Assembly (NCBI GenBank): GCA_042565725.1
Contig: JBHORK010000001.1
Span: forward strand, 4,995 to 68,994
Reading direction: 5' to 3'
DNA: 64,000 nt
Source of the DNA: Verrucomicrobiota bacterium
Lineage (GTDB): Bacteria; Verrucomicrobiota; Kiritimatiellia; UBA8416; JBHORK01
Position 1 is the first letter of the stretch, and the number at the start of each line of letters is the position of its first letter. Shown piece by piece: positions 7,900 to 18,504 of this stretch. Under the pieces are notes generated by a model. The model worked only from the letters and a program-made list of their open reading frames with translations, made no database searches and was not told where the DNA came from. The translations under genes and the position numbers were made by a program.

Positions 7900-9369
7900 T
7901 TATTTTTGGCTAACGTTCTGATAACGAAGTTTGGGTACTCGGTAGCGTTCTGATAATCTTGCGTTGGCCTCAGCAAGTGTTTCTGTGTCTAGAACCAGAT
8001 CTACGCCGATCGACTTGAGTGTAAGCCGCTCAATGCTTCCATCACGGTCAACAATTCCGAAAACGTCCGACATGTTTTGTATCTTTTTGCCGTTGATATG
8101 TGTGATTATTGAGCTGTAAAAATACTGATAACCAATATTTATCGGGTCAGAGAGAACAGACGAAAGTATTACAATGCGATCTCCTGCAGCATTAAGGGAT
8201 TTTTTCCGCGTTAAATATAAATGCACAAGTTCAGAATCAGCTTTGCTGCGCCAGTTCTCTCCAAAAGACTTGAGGTATTTTCCTGTCAGCTCTCTTATTA
8301 CGAGTCCGCCTTCCACAAGATATTCCGGCTGTTTACCCTCGGTGTTGTCAGGGATAAAAGAGTCGGAATCTAGCAAATGGTCCAATTGTATTTTGATGTT
8401 CTGAATCTTTTTATTGCGCATAAGTTGAACGGATACCGTGTCGCCGGGTTTATGTCTGCCGTTAATAAGATATGTAAACATCAGCCTGCCGAACTTTTCG
8501 TCTTTGTAATAGCCAAGATTGTCAATTGCATGGCCATCCAGGCTGAGTATTACGTCAAGAGGTTTCAGCGACTCGCGTGCCCCGGTTTCGGGCAGACATG
8601 ACAGAACGAGTATGCCGACTTCGTCCTTTCCGACTCCAAAATACGACCGCTTAACGGGATCAATAAGAGTGGACCATGTGAAGCCTGCGGACGCAATTCC
8701 TTCATATGGTTTTTTTTCAGCGTCTTTTATAAAACGATTTAGAACACAGTAGGGCAGTACATCTCCCGTGCGTGTGCTTCGGTTATATCTGATTACAAGG
8801 CCTGCAAGCTTACTGTCATATATCACTGCCGCTCCCATGCCGTTGACGTTCAGGTCGGTAAGCACGCTGAATGTAAGAGAAACGTGTGGTGCTTTAGGCA
8901 GATATTTCATTGCAATCTGGAACATCTTTGCTTTTCCCTGCTGAATTTTGAAAGTCTCACCAAATTGTATTATTTCAACTTCACTCTCAGCTGGTACGTC
9001 TTGCGCCAGACTCAGCGGAGTAATCCATGGGGCTTCGTTTGTGTCGGTGATAGTAAGCAAAGCTAAATTAGACTGGTAGTCGCATAATTCCACCTTCGCG
9101 TTGATCTTTTTTCCCGAGCCGGACCTTCGAAGTTCCACAAGGGTGTGGTTGCGAATTATACTCTCTGTCGTAATAACCTGTGATTTGCTGATCGCTACAC
9201 CATAGCCGTATCTAACACACGGCTTCCATTTTTGCCATGGTTTAAAAGGATTAAATTCCTGATATGTGGCAACTACCTGTACAACACTCTTTTCAAAATC
9301 ATCTGTGTATGCGAACTGCGCTGAAATAAAAATTAACAATATCAGGATTTTTGAGGATGAAAGCTTCAT
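7900..9369 (-). CDS. Trypsin-like peptidase paralogue lacking the catalytic serine motif (likely pseudoprotease), secreted
   Basis: Signal peptide; same architecture as the upstream gene, but the GNSGGP position reads NGMGAAV (no Ser); the two ORFs overlap by 4 bp. Confidence 0.6.
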   Translation of the reverse strand: MKLSSSKILILLIFISAQFAYTDDFEKSVVQVVATYQEFNPFKPWQKWKPCVRYGYGVAISKSQVITTESIIRNHTLVELRRSGSGKKINAKVELCDYQSNLALLTITDTNEAPWITPLSLAQDVPAESEVEIIQFGETFKIQQGKAKMFQIAMKYLPKAPHVSLTFSVLTDLNVNGMGAAVIYDSKLAGLVIRYNRSTRTGDVLPYCVLNRFIKDAEKKPYEGIASAGFTWSTLIDPVKRSYFGVGKDEVGILVLSCLPETGARESLKPLDVILSLDGHAIDNLGYYKDEKFGRLMFTYLINGRHKPGDTVSVQLMRNKKIQNIKIQLDHLLDSDSFIPDNTEGKQPEYLVEGGLVIRELTGKYLKSFGENWRSKADSELVHLYLTRKKSLNAAGDRIVILSSVLSDPINIGYQYFYSSIITHINGKKIQNMSDVFGIVDRDGSIERLTLKSIGVDLVLDTETLAEANARLSERYRVPKLRYQNVSQK

Positions 9370-10889
9370 TGTTTGTCCTTTACGGGATGCTTAGGAAACA
9401 TGTCGTTAAAATATTCAGGAGCCGACAATCCGTAACTGGACATTATTTCACTTTCAACTTTTTTTGATGCCGTTGCGTCGAGAACAAGAACATCATCCAT
9501 TCCAGCGAAACGCATCACATGAAATCCGTTTTGCGGACTGTTGATTGCTTTTTTTATGTCCGCAATGTTACAGATATGAATGCCGTTAATCTCTGTTACA
9601 ATGCCATTAAAGAAATAATTGGCATATGTGTTTACTTTGTGAGGAAGACGTCGGATCAGCACTACGAATTCGTCTCGATCTTCGTAAAGCTTATGCGTTT
9701 TGGCATACTGTGAATAGTAGAGCAGCTGTTGGCTGTTGTTGCCGGGATTTCCTCTCAAAGTGTTTAGATATGCCCTGTTGAAAGGCGAGAATATAAGTCC
9801 GCCAACCATGAAATATTCTGGAAGTTCGTCGTATACACGCCTGAAAGCATATGGGTCTTTGGGATTGGTCAGCGGGACGGTGACTTCAATCTCCTTTTTG
9901 TTGCGCCATACCTTGAAAATCACTGATTCGCCCCATTGTTTTTGTTCAAGAAGCTCCTCGAAGCGGACATTATTTCCATTGAAATCAACTGTGCCGTCGT
10001 TTTCTATTATGTGCTGGTCAACGGAGAGTAAAACGTCTTTTACTTCCAGAAGGTTAACCGCGCTTCCGAAAGGATCAAGATAATATACGGCAACACCGGT
10101 CTTTGATGCCGGCAATCCAAGGCTTTTGTGGAGAGCAATGTTGTGTAATTCAATCCATGAAGCACCAAGCTCCGGGTAGCCGTTGTAATCACCATCTTTA
10201 ATATCCTCCAGGAAATGATTGATTACAGGGATTGGTATGGCGTATCCAATATTATCTGATTCAGCTAAACCCTGGAAGGCCAGGCCGACCACTTTGTCTT
10301 TGAAAATAATCGGACCTCCGCTGTTACCTGGATTGATGGCTGCGTCAACCTGTAGAACCAGGTGCTGGTCAATCCCGCTGTGTGAGTAAGTGCTGTAATC
10401 TATGCGTGACACGATACCCCTCGTTATTGAAAGACGGATACCTCCTCTGGGGTAGCCTAAGACCGTGACTTCATCATTCAAGCGCGGGAGTTGCTTCGCG
10501 AAAGTAACAGGACTGGTTCCTTTGAAGAACGATGGGTCGTCAACCGAAAGTATCGCCAGATCACAATCATGCCCGCTGAAACTGACTCGTGCTCTGTATT
10601 TTTTTGCGTCACCGTTTTTCTGGACCTGTAGAAATTTTACGTCGGACACAATATGTGCATTGGTTAAAATGCGGCGTTTATCAATGATGAAACCCGTGCC
10701 GTTTCCTTTTATCTGAAAGCCGCTTTGCCATGGCATGGAATAATCCGCCCGCTGGATCGTGGCGTATATTTTAACAACAGAATTACGCAGTGATTTTCGT
10801 CCGAATGCGGCATAAGCGTTTCCGGTGAATTCGGCTAAAACCGATAACAGCAAGAGAGATATCAGCCATTTTGCAGTTGATTTGTTCAT
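9366..10889 (-). CDS. Secreted trypsin-like serine protease (S1C/DegP-like catalytic domain plus C-terminal beta-rich/PDZ-like region)
   Basis: Signal peptide; catalytic His in ILTNAHIV, Asp in DCDLAIL, Ser in NPGNSGGPI. Confidence 0.8.
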   Translation of the reverse strand: MNKSTAKWLISLLLLSVLAEFTGNAYAAFGRKSLRNSVVKIYATIQRADYSMPWQSGFQIKGNGTGFIIDKRRILTNAHIVSDVKFLQVQKNGDAKKYRARVSFSGHDCDLAILSVDDPSFFKGTSPVTFAKQLPRLNDEVTVLGYPRGGIRLSITRGIVSRIDYSTYSHSGIDQHLVLQVDAAINPGNSGGPIIFKDKVVGLAFQGLAESDNIGYAIPIPVINHFLEDIKDGDYNGYPELGASWIELHNIALHKSLGLPASKTGVAVYYLDPFGSAVNLLEVKDVLLSVDQHIIENDGTVDFNGNNVRFEELLEQKQWGESVIFKVWRNKKEIEVTVPLTNPKDPYAFRRVYDELPEYFMVGGLIFSPFNRAYLNTLRGNPGNNSQQLLYYSQYAKTHKLYEDRDEFVVLIRRLPHKVNTYANYFFNGIVTEINGIHICNIADIKKAINSPQNGFHVMRFAGMDDVLVLDATASKKVESEIMSSYGLSAPEYFNDMFPKHPVKDKQ

Positions 10890-11231
10890 GCTTAGCTGGG
10901 CATACTACTTTTAATTGTGTGAAAAAGCACGATAAAAATCAGGAGCCAGGATTCAGGAATCAACAGCCTTCAGCCTAAACAACCTGATGATGCCGCACAA
11001 CCGTTAGACGAACAGTGCAGGATATTTGAATATCGAACGAAATACGAAATACGCTTAACGAAATACGCACTTATTATGAGTATTCAGGATAGAGATTATA
11101 TGAAGCCAGAGTATCGTCCGCGTTCTTGTAAAAAAGACTCTGTATCTTTAAAAAACCGGTTTCTTTTTCTTCTGTGGAGAATTAAACGATGGTTGCTTTC
11201 GGGCTTCAGTAGAGGGAAGTAACGAACGCTA

Positions 11232-11789
11232 TTAAAACGAGCGTTTTACCCAGATTCCATATTCCAGATCATCTAAGTCAAATTTGTCTATATCACCCCA
11301 GTCTTCAAATACGTAATAGACCTGAAAATCCATCTGGAGTCCGAAAAGGGGCATCTGAAGTCCGGTAATTAATTGCCAGTATAAATCCGTCCAGTCGCTG
11401 CCTTCATTCTCGTCATCAATATAACTTTGAAGAACACCAATGCCGCCTTGCCACATCCTGTCCTTGAAGATCAGATCTGCATGAGGAGTTATAACCGAAT
11501 CTACTGTGTTTGTTCCTGTGACATCGTTAGCGTAGTTTGCGCCGAACTGCCAGTAGGCGGACTCGTTATGGTACTCATAGGCGAGTCCGTATGAAATATC
11601 TCCTTTGTCGAACGGCAGAGTTACAAACTCAGAATGTTCGGCATGAGTTCTGCCGCCTATAGCGAGCGTATGTGTGCCCGCCTTTGCAGGAGCGATGTTT
11701 GAAAACAAGAATATTGACGCTGACAAAAGTAGAAGTTTGTTTTTTATTTTCACATTTATAATGCTACCTGCAGTATAAATGGATTGCAA
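11232..11789 (-). CDS. Small outer-membrane beta-barrel protein (185 aa)
   Basis: Signal peptide (SASIFLFSNIAPAKA); alternating hydrophobic pattern; aromatic-rich; C-terminal Phe (…WVKRSF) typical of OMP beta-signal. Confidence 0.6.
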   Translation of the reverse strand: MQSIYTAGSIINVKIKNKLLLLSASIFLFSNIAPAKAGTHTLAIGGRTHAEHSEFVTLPFDKGDISYGLAYEYHNESAYWQFGANYANDVTGTNTVDSVITPHADLIFKDRMWQGGIGVLQSYIDDENEGSDWTDLYWQLITGLQMPLFGLQMDFQVYYVFEDWGDIDKFDLDDLEYGIWVKRSF

Positions 11790-11801
11790 GATAATTGTCA
11801 G

Positions 11802-11823
11802 GAATTCGCGTTAACGCGAATTC
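11802..11823. promoter_or_regulatory. 22-bp perfect palindrome gaattcgcgttaacgcgaattc, about 95 bp upstream of the sigma-54 promoter of the gspE operon (candidate enhancer/UAS)
   Basis: Exact dyad symmetry read directly; lies in the divergent intergenic region between the OMP gene and gspE1. Confidence 0.5.
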
Positions 11824-11918
11824 TGCATTTCGAATTGGCATAATACAACAAAGTATGCAATAATAATTCATTGAAAATCATAGTGTATGTCTGAAGATAT
11901 TTGTTTTGTAACGCCGTT

Positions 11919-11934
11919 TGGCACATAATCTGCT
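11919..11934 (+). promoter_or_regulatory. Sigma-54 (-24/-12) promoter TGGCAC-N5-CTGCT upstream of gspE1
   Basis: tggcacataatctgct: GG and GC separated by 10 nt, consensus TGGCAC-N5-TTGCW; about 48 bp upstream of the ATG at 11983. Confidence 0.65.
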
Positions 11935-11982
11935 TTTTTTTTAATGGTAAGCTGAGCGGTGTTTTTTTAGAGAGCATTAATA

Positions 11983-13710
11983 ATGACGAAAAAACCTTAC
12001 TCTGAGAAGATTTCCGGTATTCTGATCAAACGCAAGGCAATAGAATTGCCAGCACTCCAGGATGCGGAACAGGAAGCTCATTCATCAGGTGAACGGCTTG
12101 AGAAGTATCTCGTTGATAAACAACTCGTCTCACATGCAGATATGGCTCTGGCAATATCGGAATATCTCGGTATGCCGCCAATTGCGTTGTCTCACTTTAC
12201 TCCTGATCCTCAACTTTCAGCTCTCATTCCTCGCGAGGTGCTGGTAAGGCACAAGGCTATTCCTGTTTCCAAGCTGGGACGAAGCCTTACGGTAGCTGTT
12301 GCAGACCCTTTTGATATTATCGCGCTAGATGAACTCCAGACCCTGACGGGTCTGGAAATAACCCCGCTTGTTGCATCGCGCAGGGAAATAGTGGAAACCA
12401 TGGAACGAATTTTCCCTAATGAGTCCGGAAATATAGATATTGAAGATGTTCTGAAAGAGGCCGATGCCGACCTTGAAGTCACCCATGAAAAAGTGGATGA
12501 AGATCAGGGTGAAAGTATTGATTCTATACTCGAAAGGGCTGAAGGTGCTCCGGTAGTTCGTATGGTCAGCATGATATTGCTCGAAGCGCTTAGACAAGGT
12601 GCCAGTGATATCCATCTGGAACCCCAAGAGAAGACCCTCCGTCTTCGATATAGAATAGACGGAACACTGATAAACAATCCGAGCCCTCCTAAACATCTGC
12701 AAGGCGCGGTTATCTCAAGAATGAAAATAATGTCCGGTATGGATATCGCAGAGAATCGTATACCGCAGGATGGACGTATAAAGATTCATGCTTTAGGAAA
12801 GGAAGTGGACCTTCGCGTAAATACTTTACCGACCATTTTCGGCGAAAAGATTGTCATGCGCTTGCTGGATAAAAGCGCGCTGTTTCCTAATCTTGCGGCG
12901 TTGGGATTGGACGAAGAAGCCTTTCGAGCCATGAGACATGCTATTGCTCAGCCAAATGGGGTTATCCTTGTAACCGGTCCCACGGGCAGCGGTAAAACCA
13001 CCACTCTTTATTCCTGTCTTATGGAATTAAATCAGCCTGAGGTTAACATCATTACTTGCGAAGATCCTGTTGAGTATCAGCTTCCGGGAATTAACCAAGT
13101 ACAGATTAATGCTTTTATTGGGTTTACATTCTCCTCAGCTCTCCGTTCAGTACTCAGGCAAAGCCCTGACATCATTCTTGTCGGAGAAATTCGTGATTCG
13201 GAAACAGCGGAAATAGCTATCAAAGCTGCGCTTACCGGTCACCTTGTATTGAGCACGCTTCACACCAATGACTCGGCAGGTGCAATTACACGATTAACTG
13301 ATATGGGTGTTGAACCATCACTTCTCGCTTCTTCTCTGATTCTGGCGCAGGCTCAACGTTTGATTCGTAAACTTTGTCCGGCATGCAAGAAGAAATCCGG
13401 GAAACTACCTCTCGATTTACTGAAATCGTATGATATAGCCCCTTCCTTTTTTGAAGGGGAGAAAATCTATGAGGCAAAAGGCTGCATAAAGTGCCGTAAT
13501 ACAGGATACAAAGGACGAATGGCTGTTATGGAAGTGTTGCCCGTTGATAAAGAGCTCAGGAAGGATATACTTCAAGGCTTGAGTGCTAAAGAACTTCTTA
13601 TTAAGGCTCAGGAAAAGGGTATGATATCTCTAAAAGATATAGGCATGCAACAGGTGAAAAAGGGCCAGACCAGTATTGAGGCGGCTTTACGTGTTACCGG
13701 TGGTGAATGA
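11983..13710 (+). CDS. GspE/PilB-family secretion ATPase with N-terminal GspE_N (MshEN-like) domain, copy 1
   Basis: Walker A GPTGSGKTTT; tetracysteine CPACKK...CIKCRNTGYKGR; N-terminal domain ISGILIKRKAIELPALQDAEQEA. Confidence 0.9.
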   Translation: MTKKPYSEKISGILIKRKAIELPALQDAEQEAHSSGERLEKYLVDKQLVSHADMALAISEYLGMPPIALSHFTPDPQLSALIPREVLVRHKAIPVSKLGRSLTVAVADPFDIIALDELQTLTGLEITPLVASRREIVETMERIFPNESGNIDIEDVLKEADADLEVTHEKVDEDQGESIDSILERAEGAPVVRMVSMILLEALRQGASDIHLEPQEKTLRLRYRIDGTLINNPSPPKHLQGAVISRMKIMSGMDIAENRIPQDGRIKIHALGKEVDLRVNTLPTIFGEKIVMRLLDKSALFPNLAALGLDEEAFRAMRHAIAQPNGVILVTGPTGSGKTTTLYSCLMELNQPEVNIITCEDPVEYQLPGINQVQINAFIGFTFSSALRSVLRQSPDIILVGEIRDSETAEIAIKAALTGHLVLSTLHTNDSAGAITRLTDMGVEPSLLASSLILAQAQRLIRKLCPACKKKSGKLPLDLLKSYDIAPSFFEGEKIYEAKGCIKCRNTGYKGRMAVMEVLPVDKELRKDILQGLSAKELLIKAQEKGMISLKDIGMQQVKKGQTSIEAALRVTGGE

Positions 13711-13717
13711 GGTAATT

Positions 13718-15439
13718 ATGAGCGAAAAGAAATCAAGCGATAGTCTTGCGAATATTCTTATCAGGCGTAACGTGGTTCCCGATGATGTCCTTGAGACCGC
13801 CCGGGAAGAAGCAAAATCTTCCGGGTTGACACTGGAGAGGTATCTGGTGGAAAACGATCTCGTTCGCGGTGATCAAATGACTTTAGCAATATCGGAGTAT
13901 CTCGGAATGCAGCCGATTTCACTTGCCCATTTCATTCCCGACCTTCAGCTCATTGAAACATTGCCGCGTCAGACTTTAAGTAAACACCAGATCATCCCCA
14001 TCACTCAGACCGGTAAAAATCTGACTGTCGCACTTGGTGACCCATTCAATATTATGGCTATTGACGAACTTCATATTCAGACGGGGCTGGACATAACTTC
14101 TTTGGTGGCTTCGGAACAGGAAGTTAGCAAAGTGCTGGAGCAGACCAAAGTACAGGAAGCAGGCGCGCTGGATATGGAGGACATCATGAATGAGGAGGAA
14201 GACGGGGGGATGTCTGTTGGATCACAGGAAGAACTCGAACAGCAAAGCCTTGAAGAAATGATGGAAAGCGCCGAGGACCGACCGGTTATTCGCATGGTTA
14301 ATATGATATTGATTGAAGCAATAAAACTGGGAGCAAGTGATATCCATATCGAACCGCAGGAGGACAAAGTAAGGCTTCGATACAGGGTTGATGGAGTGCT
14401 GATAGAACATCCCAGTATCCCCAAAAGTCTTCAGTCCGCAATTATTTCAAGAGTTAAGATTATGGCGGATATGGATATCGGCGAACAGCGGCTTCCGCAG
14501 GATGGACGATTCAGGATAACAGCTCTCGGCAAGGCTATAGATGTTCGTGTCAGCATTCTTCCCTCCATCTTTGGCGGTAGAGTAGTATTGAGAACCCTGG
14601 ACAAAAGTGCTTTGTTTCCCAACCTTGCGGCCTTGGATCTTGACAAGCGCGCTTATGATTCATTGAGTTATGCTATCGCGCAGCCCCACGGCATAATCCT
14701 TGTAACCGGTCCTACGGGAAGCGGTAAGACCACCACACTGTATTCCTGTCTGCAGGAACTCAACAAACCCGATATAAATCTGACTACATGCGAGGATCCT
14801 GTTGAATATCAGGTCCCGGGAATAATTCAGGTGAAAATAAATACTGATGTCGGATGTACTTTCGGTGCCGCACTCAGGGCAATATTGAGACAGGACCCCG
14901 ACATTGTTCTGATCGGAGAGATTCGTGATTCGGAAACATGTGAAATCGCCATAAAAGCTGCGCTTACCGGACATTTGGTTTTGAGCACGCTTCACGCAAA
15001 TGATGCTTCAGGTACTATAACGCGCTTGCTGGATATGGGAATGGAGCCGTTCCTGTTGGCTTCATCCCTGATTCTTGCACAAGCCCAGCGTCTGTTTCGT
15101 AAGCTCTGCCCAAACTGCAGAAAAGAAGCAAAGCCGTCCCAAAAACTTCTAAAAGAGCATCATGTGCCCCTGGATTTTTTCAATGGAACAAAAATCTACG
15201 AGGCAAAAGGCTGTCACCAGTGTCACAACATGGGCTATCGTGGCCGAAATGCGATTATGGAAGTTCTAACAATTGATGAAGATGTTCGGCTTGGTATTAT
15301 GCGTAAAGCCATGGCTGATGAAATAGAGGATATTGCAACCGGGAAAGGAATGGTGACTCTTCGCCAGGCGGCCCTTGAAAAGGTAAAAGAAGGATCGACA
15401 AGTATTGAAGAAGCGCTTAAAATTACGGTAAGCAGATAA
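13718..15439 (+). CDS. GspE/PilB-family secretion ATPase, copy 2 (tandem paralogue)
   Basis: ATG at 13718 after gaggtaa; Walker A GPTGSGKTTT; CPNCRK...CHQCHNMGYRGR; collinear with copy 1 throughout. Confidence 0.9.
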   Translation: MSEKKSSDSLANILIRRNVVPDDVLETAREEAKSSGLTLERYLVENDLVRGDQMTLAISEYLGMQPISLAHFIPDLQLIETLPRQTLSKHQIIPITQTGKNLTVALGDPFNIMAIDELHIQTGLDITSLVASEQEVSKVLEQTKVQEAGALDMEDIMNEEEDGGMSVGSQEELEQQSLEEMMESAEDRPVIRMVNMILIEAIKLGASDIHIEPQEDKVRLRYRVDGVLIEHPSIPKSLQSAIISRVKIMADMDIGEQRLPQDGRFRITALGKAIDVRVSILPSIFGGRVVLRTLDKSALFPNLAALDLDKRAYDSLSYAIAQPHGIILVTGPTGSGKTTTLYSCLQELNKPDINLTTCEDPVEYQVPGIIQVKINTDVGCTFGAALRAILRQDPDIVLIGEIRDSETCEIAIKAALTGHLVLSTLHANDASGTITRLLDMGMEPFLLASSLILAQAQRLFRKLCPNCRKEAKPSQKLLKEHHVPLDFFNGTKIYEAKGCHQCHNMGYRGRNAIMEVLTIDEDVRLGIMRKAMADEIEDIATGKGMVTLRQAALEKVKEGSTSIEEALKITVSR

Positions 15440-15461
15440 ATAAGGAATAAGGTAAAGGTTT

Positions 15462-16631
15462 ATGAGCCCTGTTTTACGTTCAACGAGCACTACAACGGCT
15501 GGTACGCGTTCACAAGCGCCGCGCCGCCGCGCTTCCGCTAAGAGTACTTCCAAGGCACGTGCAGCTAAAGGCCGCAGCAACGTTGCGGGTTCAAGAAAAA
15601 TAGTTAACGACCTGCTTCCTGGTTTTTCCCGTCAGCTTGCCGCAATGCTTTCGGCAGGTATGCCTATTGTGGCGTCGCTTGAAGCGCTTCAGGAGCAGAG
15701 CGATAATCCCGCGTTCAAACGGATTATTGCCCAGATCAAAATGAACATAGAAAATGGATCAGCTTTCTCCGAGTCTCTGCGCCAATTTCCTTCCGTATTC
15801 GACGATCTGTATGCCAACATGATTAAAGGAGGCGAGACAGGAGGGCAGTTACCGGAAACTATAGCGCGATTGGCCAGTTTCCTTGAGTCAAGCTCTAAGC
15901 TCCGACGTAAAGTCAAGTCGTCTATGATGTATCCCGTTATTGTTCTATGCCTGGCTCTTGCAATTGCCACAGGAATGATAATATTTATTGTTCCGGTGTT
16001 CGGGGATATGTTTAAAGATTTTGGCGCGAATCTTCCGGCCCCTACCCAGTTTCTGCTCGATTTGAGTGGTTATTTAAAGAAGTATGGTCTGCTTGTTCTC
16101 GCAGGGCTGGTTGGTCTTGTTATTGTCTTTAAAAAATGGAAAAAGACAGAATCAGGTGCGTACAAGTTCGATAAATTTGTTCTTAAAACACCGGTATTTG
16201 GAGAATTGGGCAAAAAACTTGCTTCAGCACGTTTTGCGAGAACGTTTGGACAGCTTATCCGGAGCGGTGTGCCAATTCTCAGCGCTCTTGAGATTGCATC
16301 AGGATCCACAGGCAACAAAGTTGCCTGTAAAGTCATCATGGATGCCCGTGGTGGAGTCGAAAAAGGGGAGCCGCTTTCCTCGTCCATGCTTGAGCAGACA
16401 GTCTTTCCTACAATGCTGGTTAGAATGCTGCAGGCGGGCGAAAAGACCGGGAAAATCGACGAAATGATGGATAGTATAGCGGATTTTTATGATGACGAAG
16501 TAAATACCATGCTTGCAGGTCTAACTTCCCTGCTGGAGCCCCTCTTGATGATCTTTCTCGGCGTCATTATCGGCGGAATTGTAATATGCATGTTCCTGCC
16601 AATCTTCAAAATGGGTGAAATCGTTGCGTAA
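15462..16631 (+). CDS. GspF/PilC-family inner-membrane platform protein
   Basis: Two GspF-type repeats; N-terminal Ala/Arg/Ser-rich low-complexity extension; 3 TM segments. Confidence 0.85.
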   Translation: MSPVLRSTSTTTAGTRSQAPRRRASAKSTSKARAAKGRSNVAGSRKIVNDLLPGFSRQLAAMLSAGMPIVASLEALQEQSDNPAFKRIIAQIKMNIENGSAFSESLRQFPSVFDDLYANMIKGGETGGQLPETIARLASFLESSSKLRRKVKSSMMYPVIVLCLALAIATGMIIFIVPVFGDMFKDFGANLPAPTQFLLDLSGYLKKYGLLVLAGLVGLVIVFKKWKKTESGAYKFDKFVLKTPVFGELGKKLASARFARTFGQLIRSGVPILSALEIASGSTGNKVACKVIMDARGGVEKGEPLSSSMLEQTVFPTMLVRMLQAGEKTGKIDEMMDSIADFYDDEVNTMLAGLTSLLEPLLMIFLGVIIGGIVICMFLPIFKMGEIVA

Positions 16632-16821
16632 ATTCACCCTGTCATCCGATTCTTGAATTCTGACTCCTTATTATTAACAGATTTGCCAATCCTAAAAAAT
16701 GAGAAAATTCATCTTTACACTACTCTGAAGCCGTTGTAATCTCCTTTTCTAACTCCCTATATAGTATATAGCAACTGAGGATTGTTCCTGCGATATTAGG
16801 GCTAAATCAGGGAATTGATTT

Positions 16822-18192
16822 ATGTCGAGCATATTACTTGTAGATGATGAATTAAGCATTTTGAGTGTGCTAAACACCTTGCTGAAAGCAGAAGGCTATG
16901 AAGTTGTTACTGCGCAAGGAGGGGATAAGGCCAAGGAAGTTCTTGAGAAACAAGAGTTTGATCTGATGCTTTCCGATATACGTATGGCTCCTGTGGATGG
17001 TATTCAGCTGCTCAAGTTTGTTCATGCCGAACATCCTGACATGGCCGTGATCATGCTGACGGCCTTCGGATCGGTCGAAACAGCAATTGAAGCTTTGAAA
17101 CTCGGTGCGTTTGATTACATCACCAAGCCTTTTAAGGTGGATGAACTTCTTATCACTGTGCAGAGAGCATTGGAATATAAGACTGCTCTCACCGAAAATG
17201 TTAGCCTCAAGAGTCAGCTTGGGGCGCGTTATGAGCTTGAGAAGATTGTCGCCGAAAGTCCGGCAATGCAGAATGTCTGCGAAATGATTAAGCGTGTGGC
17301 ACCTACTGACACAACGGTGCTGATTTACGGTGAAAGCGGTACAGGCAAAGAACTTATTGCCCAAGCTATTCATTCCAACAGCCGCAGGGCTGAAAAGAAT
17401 TTCCTGGCAGTTAACTGCGCGGCACTTCCGGAGGCATTGCTGGAATCTGAGATGTTTGGCCATGTTAAAGGCGCTTTTACGGGTGCAGCATCAAACAAAG
17501 AAGGATTGTTTGAGGCAGTAAAAGGCGGCACTATTCTTCTCGACGAAATAGGATCCATGCCCATGAGTATACAGGGTAAACTCCTGCGAGTCCTGCAGGA
17601 AAAGGAAATACGGCGTGTTGGAGGCAATGAACATATTTCTATAGACGCCCGCGTACTGGCGGCAACTAATTTCAATCTGGAAACACTCATGAAAGAGAAA
17701 AAATTCAGAGAAGACCTGTTTTACCGACTCAGTGTTATTCCTATTGAGGTTAAACCTCTCAGAGAAAGAAAGGAAGATATTCTGCCCCTTGTTTATCATG
17801 TCCTCCATGCGGAAACGCCGGAAGGACAACAGCCTCTTACGCTGGATCCTGAAGTGTGTTCAATCCTCGAGTCATATTCCTGGCCCGGCAATGTTCGTGA
17901 ACTGGAAAATGCAGTAAAACACGCCATGACTTTTGTTGAGGACAACAAAATCACAAAAGAAGTTCTGCCGCCCAAGATAGCTGCTACACCTGTCGCTGCG
18001 ACATCCTCTCCATCGCAAACCGATGTGCAAAGCGGACGGTGCAAATCTCTGAGAGCTTTCCTTCGTTCCAGGGAAAGAGAATATCTGGAGCAGGTTCTTT
18101 CTCATACTTCCGGTGATAAGGAAAAAGCCGCCGAAAAACTTAAAATAAGCTTATCCACTCTTTACCGTAAACTGCCCGAATCACAGGAATAA
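16822..18192 (+). CDS. Sigma-54-dependent response regulator (REC - AAA+ sigma54 activator - Fis-type HTH), PilR/NtrC-like
   Basis: REC domain with phospho-acceptor (LMLSDIRMAP); GESGTGKE Walker A; GAFTGA motif (HVKGAFTGA); C-terminal HTH. Confidence 0.9.
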   Translation: MSSILLVDDELSILSVLNTLLKAEGYEVVTAQGGDKAKEVLEKQEFDLMLSDIRMAPVDGIQLLKFVHAEHPDMAVIMLTAFGSVETAIEALKLGAFDYITKPFKVDELLITVQRALEYKTALTENVSLKSQLGARYELEKIVAESPAMQNVCEMIKRVAPTDTTVLIYGESGTGKELIAQAIHSNSRRAEKNFLAVNCAALPEALLESEMFGHVKGAFTGAASNKEGLFEAVKGGTILLDEIGSMPMSIQGKLLRVLQEKEIRRVGGNEHISIDARVLAATNFNLETLMKEKKFREDLFYRLSVIPIEVKPLRERKEDILPLVYHVLHAETPEGQQPLTLDPEVCSILESYSWPGNVRELENAVKHAMTFVEDNKITKEVLPPKIAATPVAATSSPSQTDVQSGRCKSLRAFLRSREREYLEQVLSHTSGDKEKAAEKLKISLSTLYRKLPESQE

Positions 18193-18403
18193 TCGTATCC
18201 CTAAAGAGATTTGTGCTCTAATTCTGACCCATGACATCCTTGTCATAATTGAATCTAATGTTATCATCTTTGCATATTTGAGAGGAGATTGAGGGTGTTT
18301 CCTATATATTTGCCTCATAAAGATAAGAAATTATTATAAAGTATCCTAGAAATTCGTTAATATAACTATAACAATTTTGAAATATTGAGAATTATTGAGA
18401 ATA

Positions 18404-18420
18404 TGGCACGGGTACTGCTA
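18404..18420 (+). promoter_or_regulatory. Sigma-54 promoter TGGCAC-N5-CTGCT upstream of the pilin gene
   Basis: tggcacgggtactgcta; GG(18405-6)-N10-GC(18417-8); about 85 bp upstream of the ATG at 18505; the same -12 variant CTGCT as the gspE promoter. Confidence 0.7.
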
Positions 18421-18504
18421 TATATTGATACAACAATTGTTGTGTAATAGGTACACAGCAGAGGGGGCAAGGTCGCAGCCCTGAACTAACTAAGGAGGAA
18501 TGCG

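Noticed and set aside
16870-17463. Antisense ORFs inside the sigma-54 regulator gene (and similar ones inside gspE, nqr, hemL)
   Set aside because: Shadow ORFs within genes carrying strong family motifs on the other strand.
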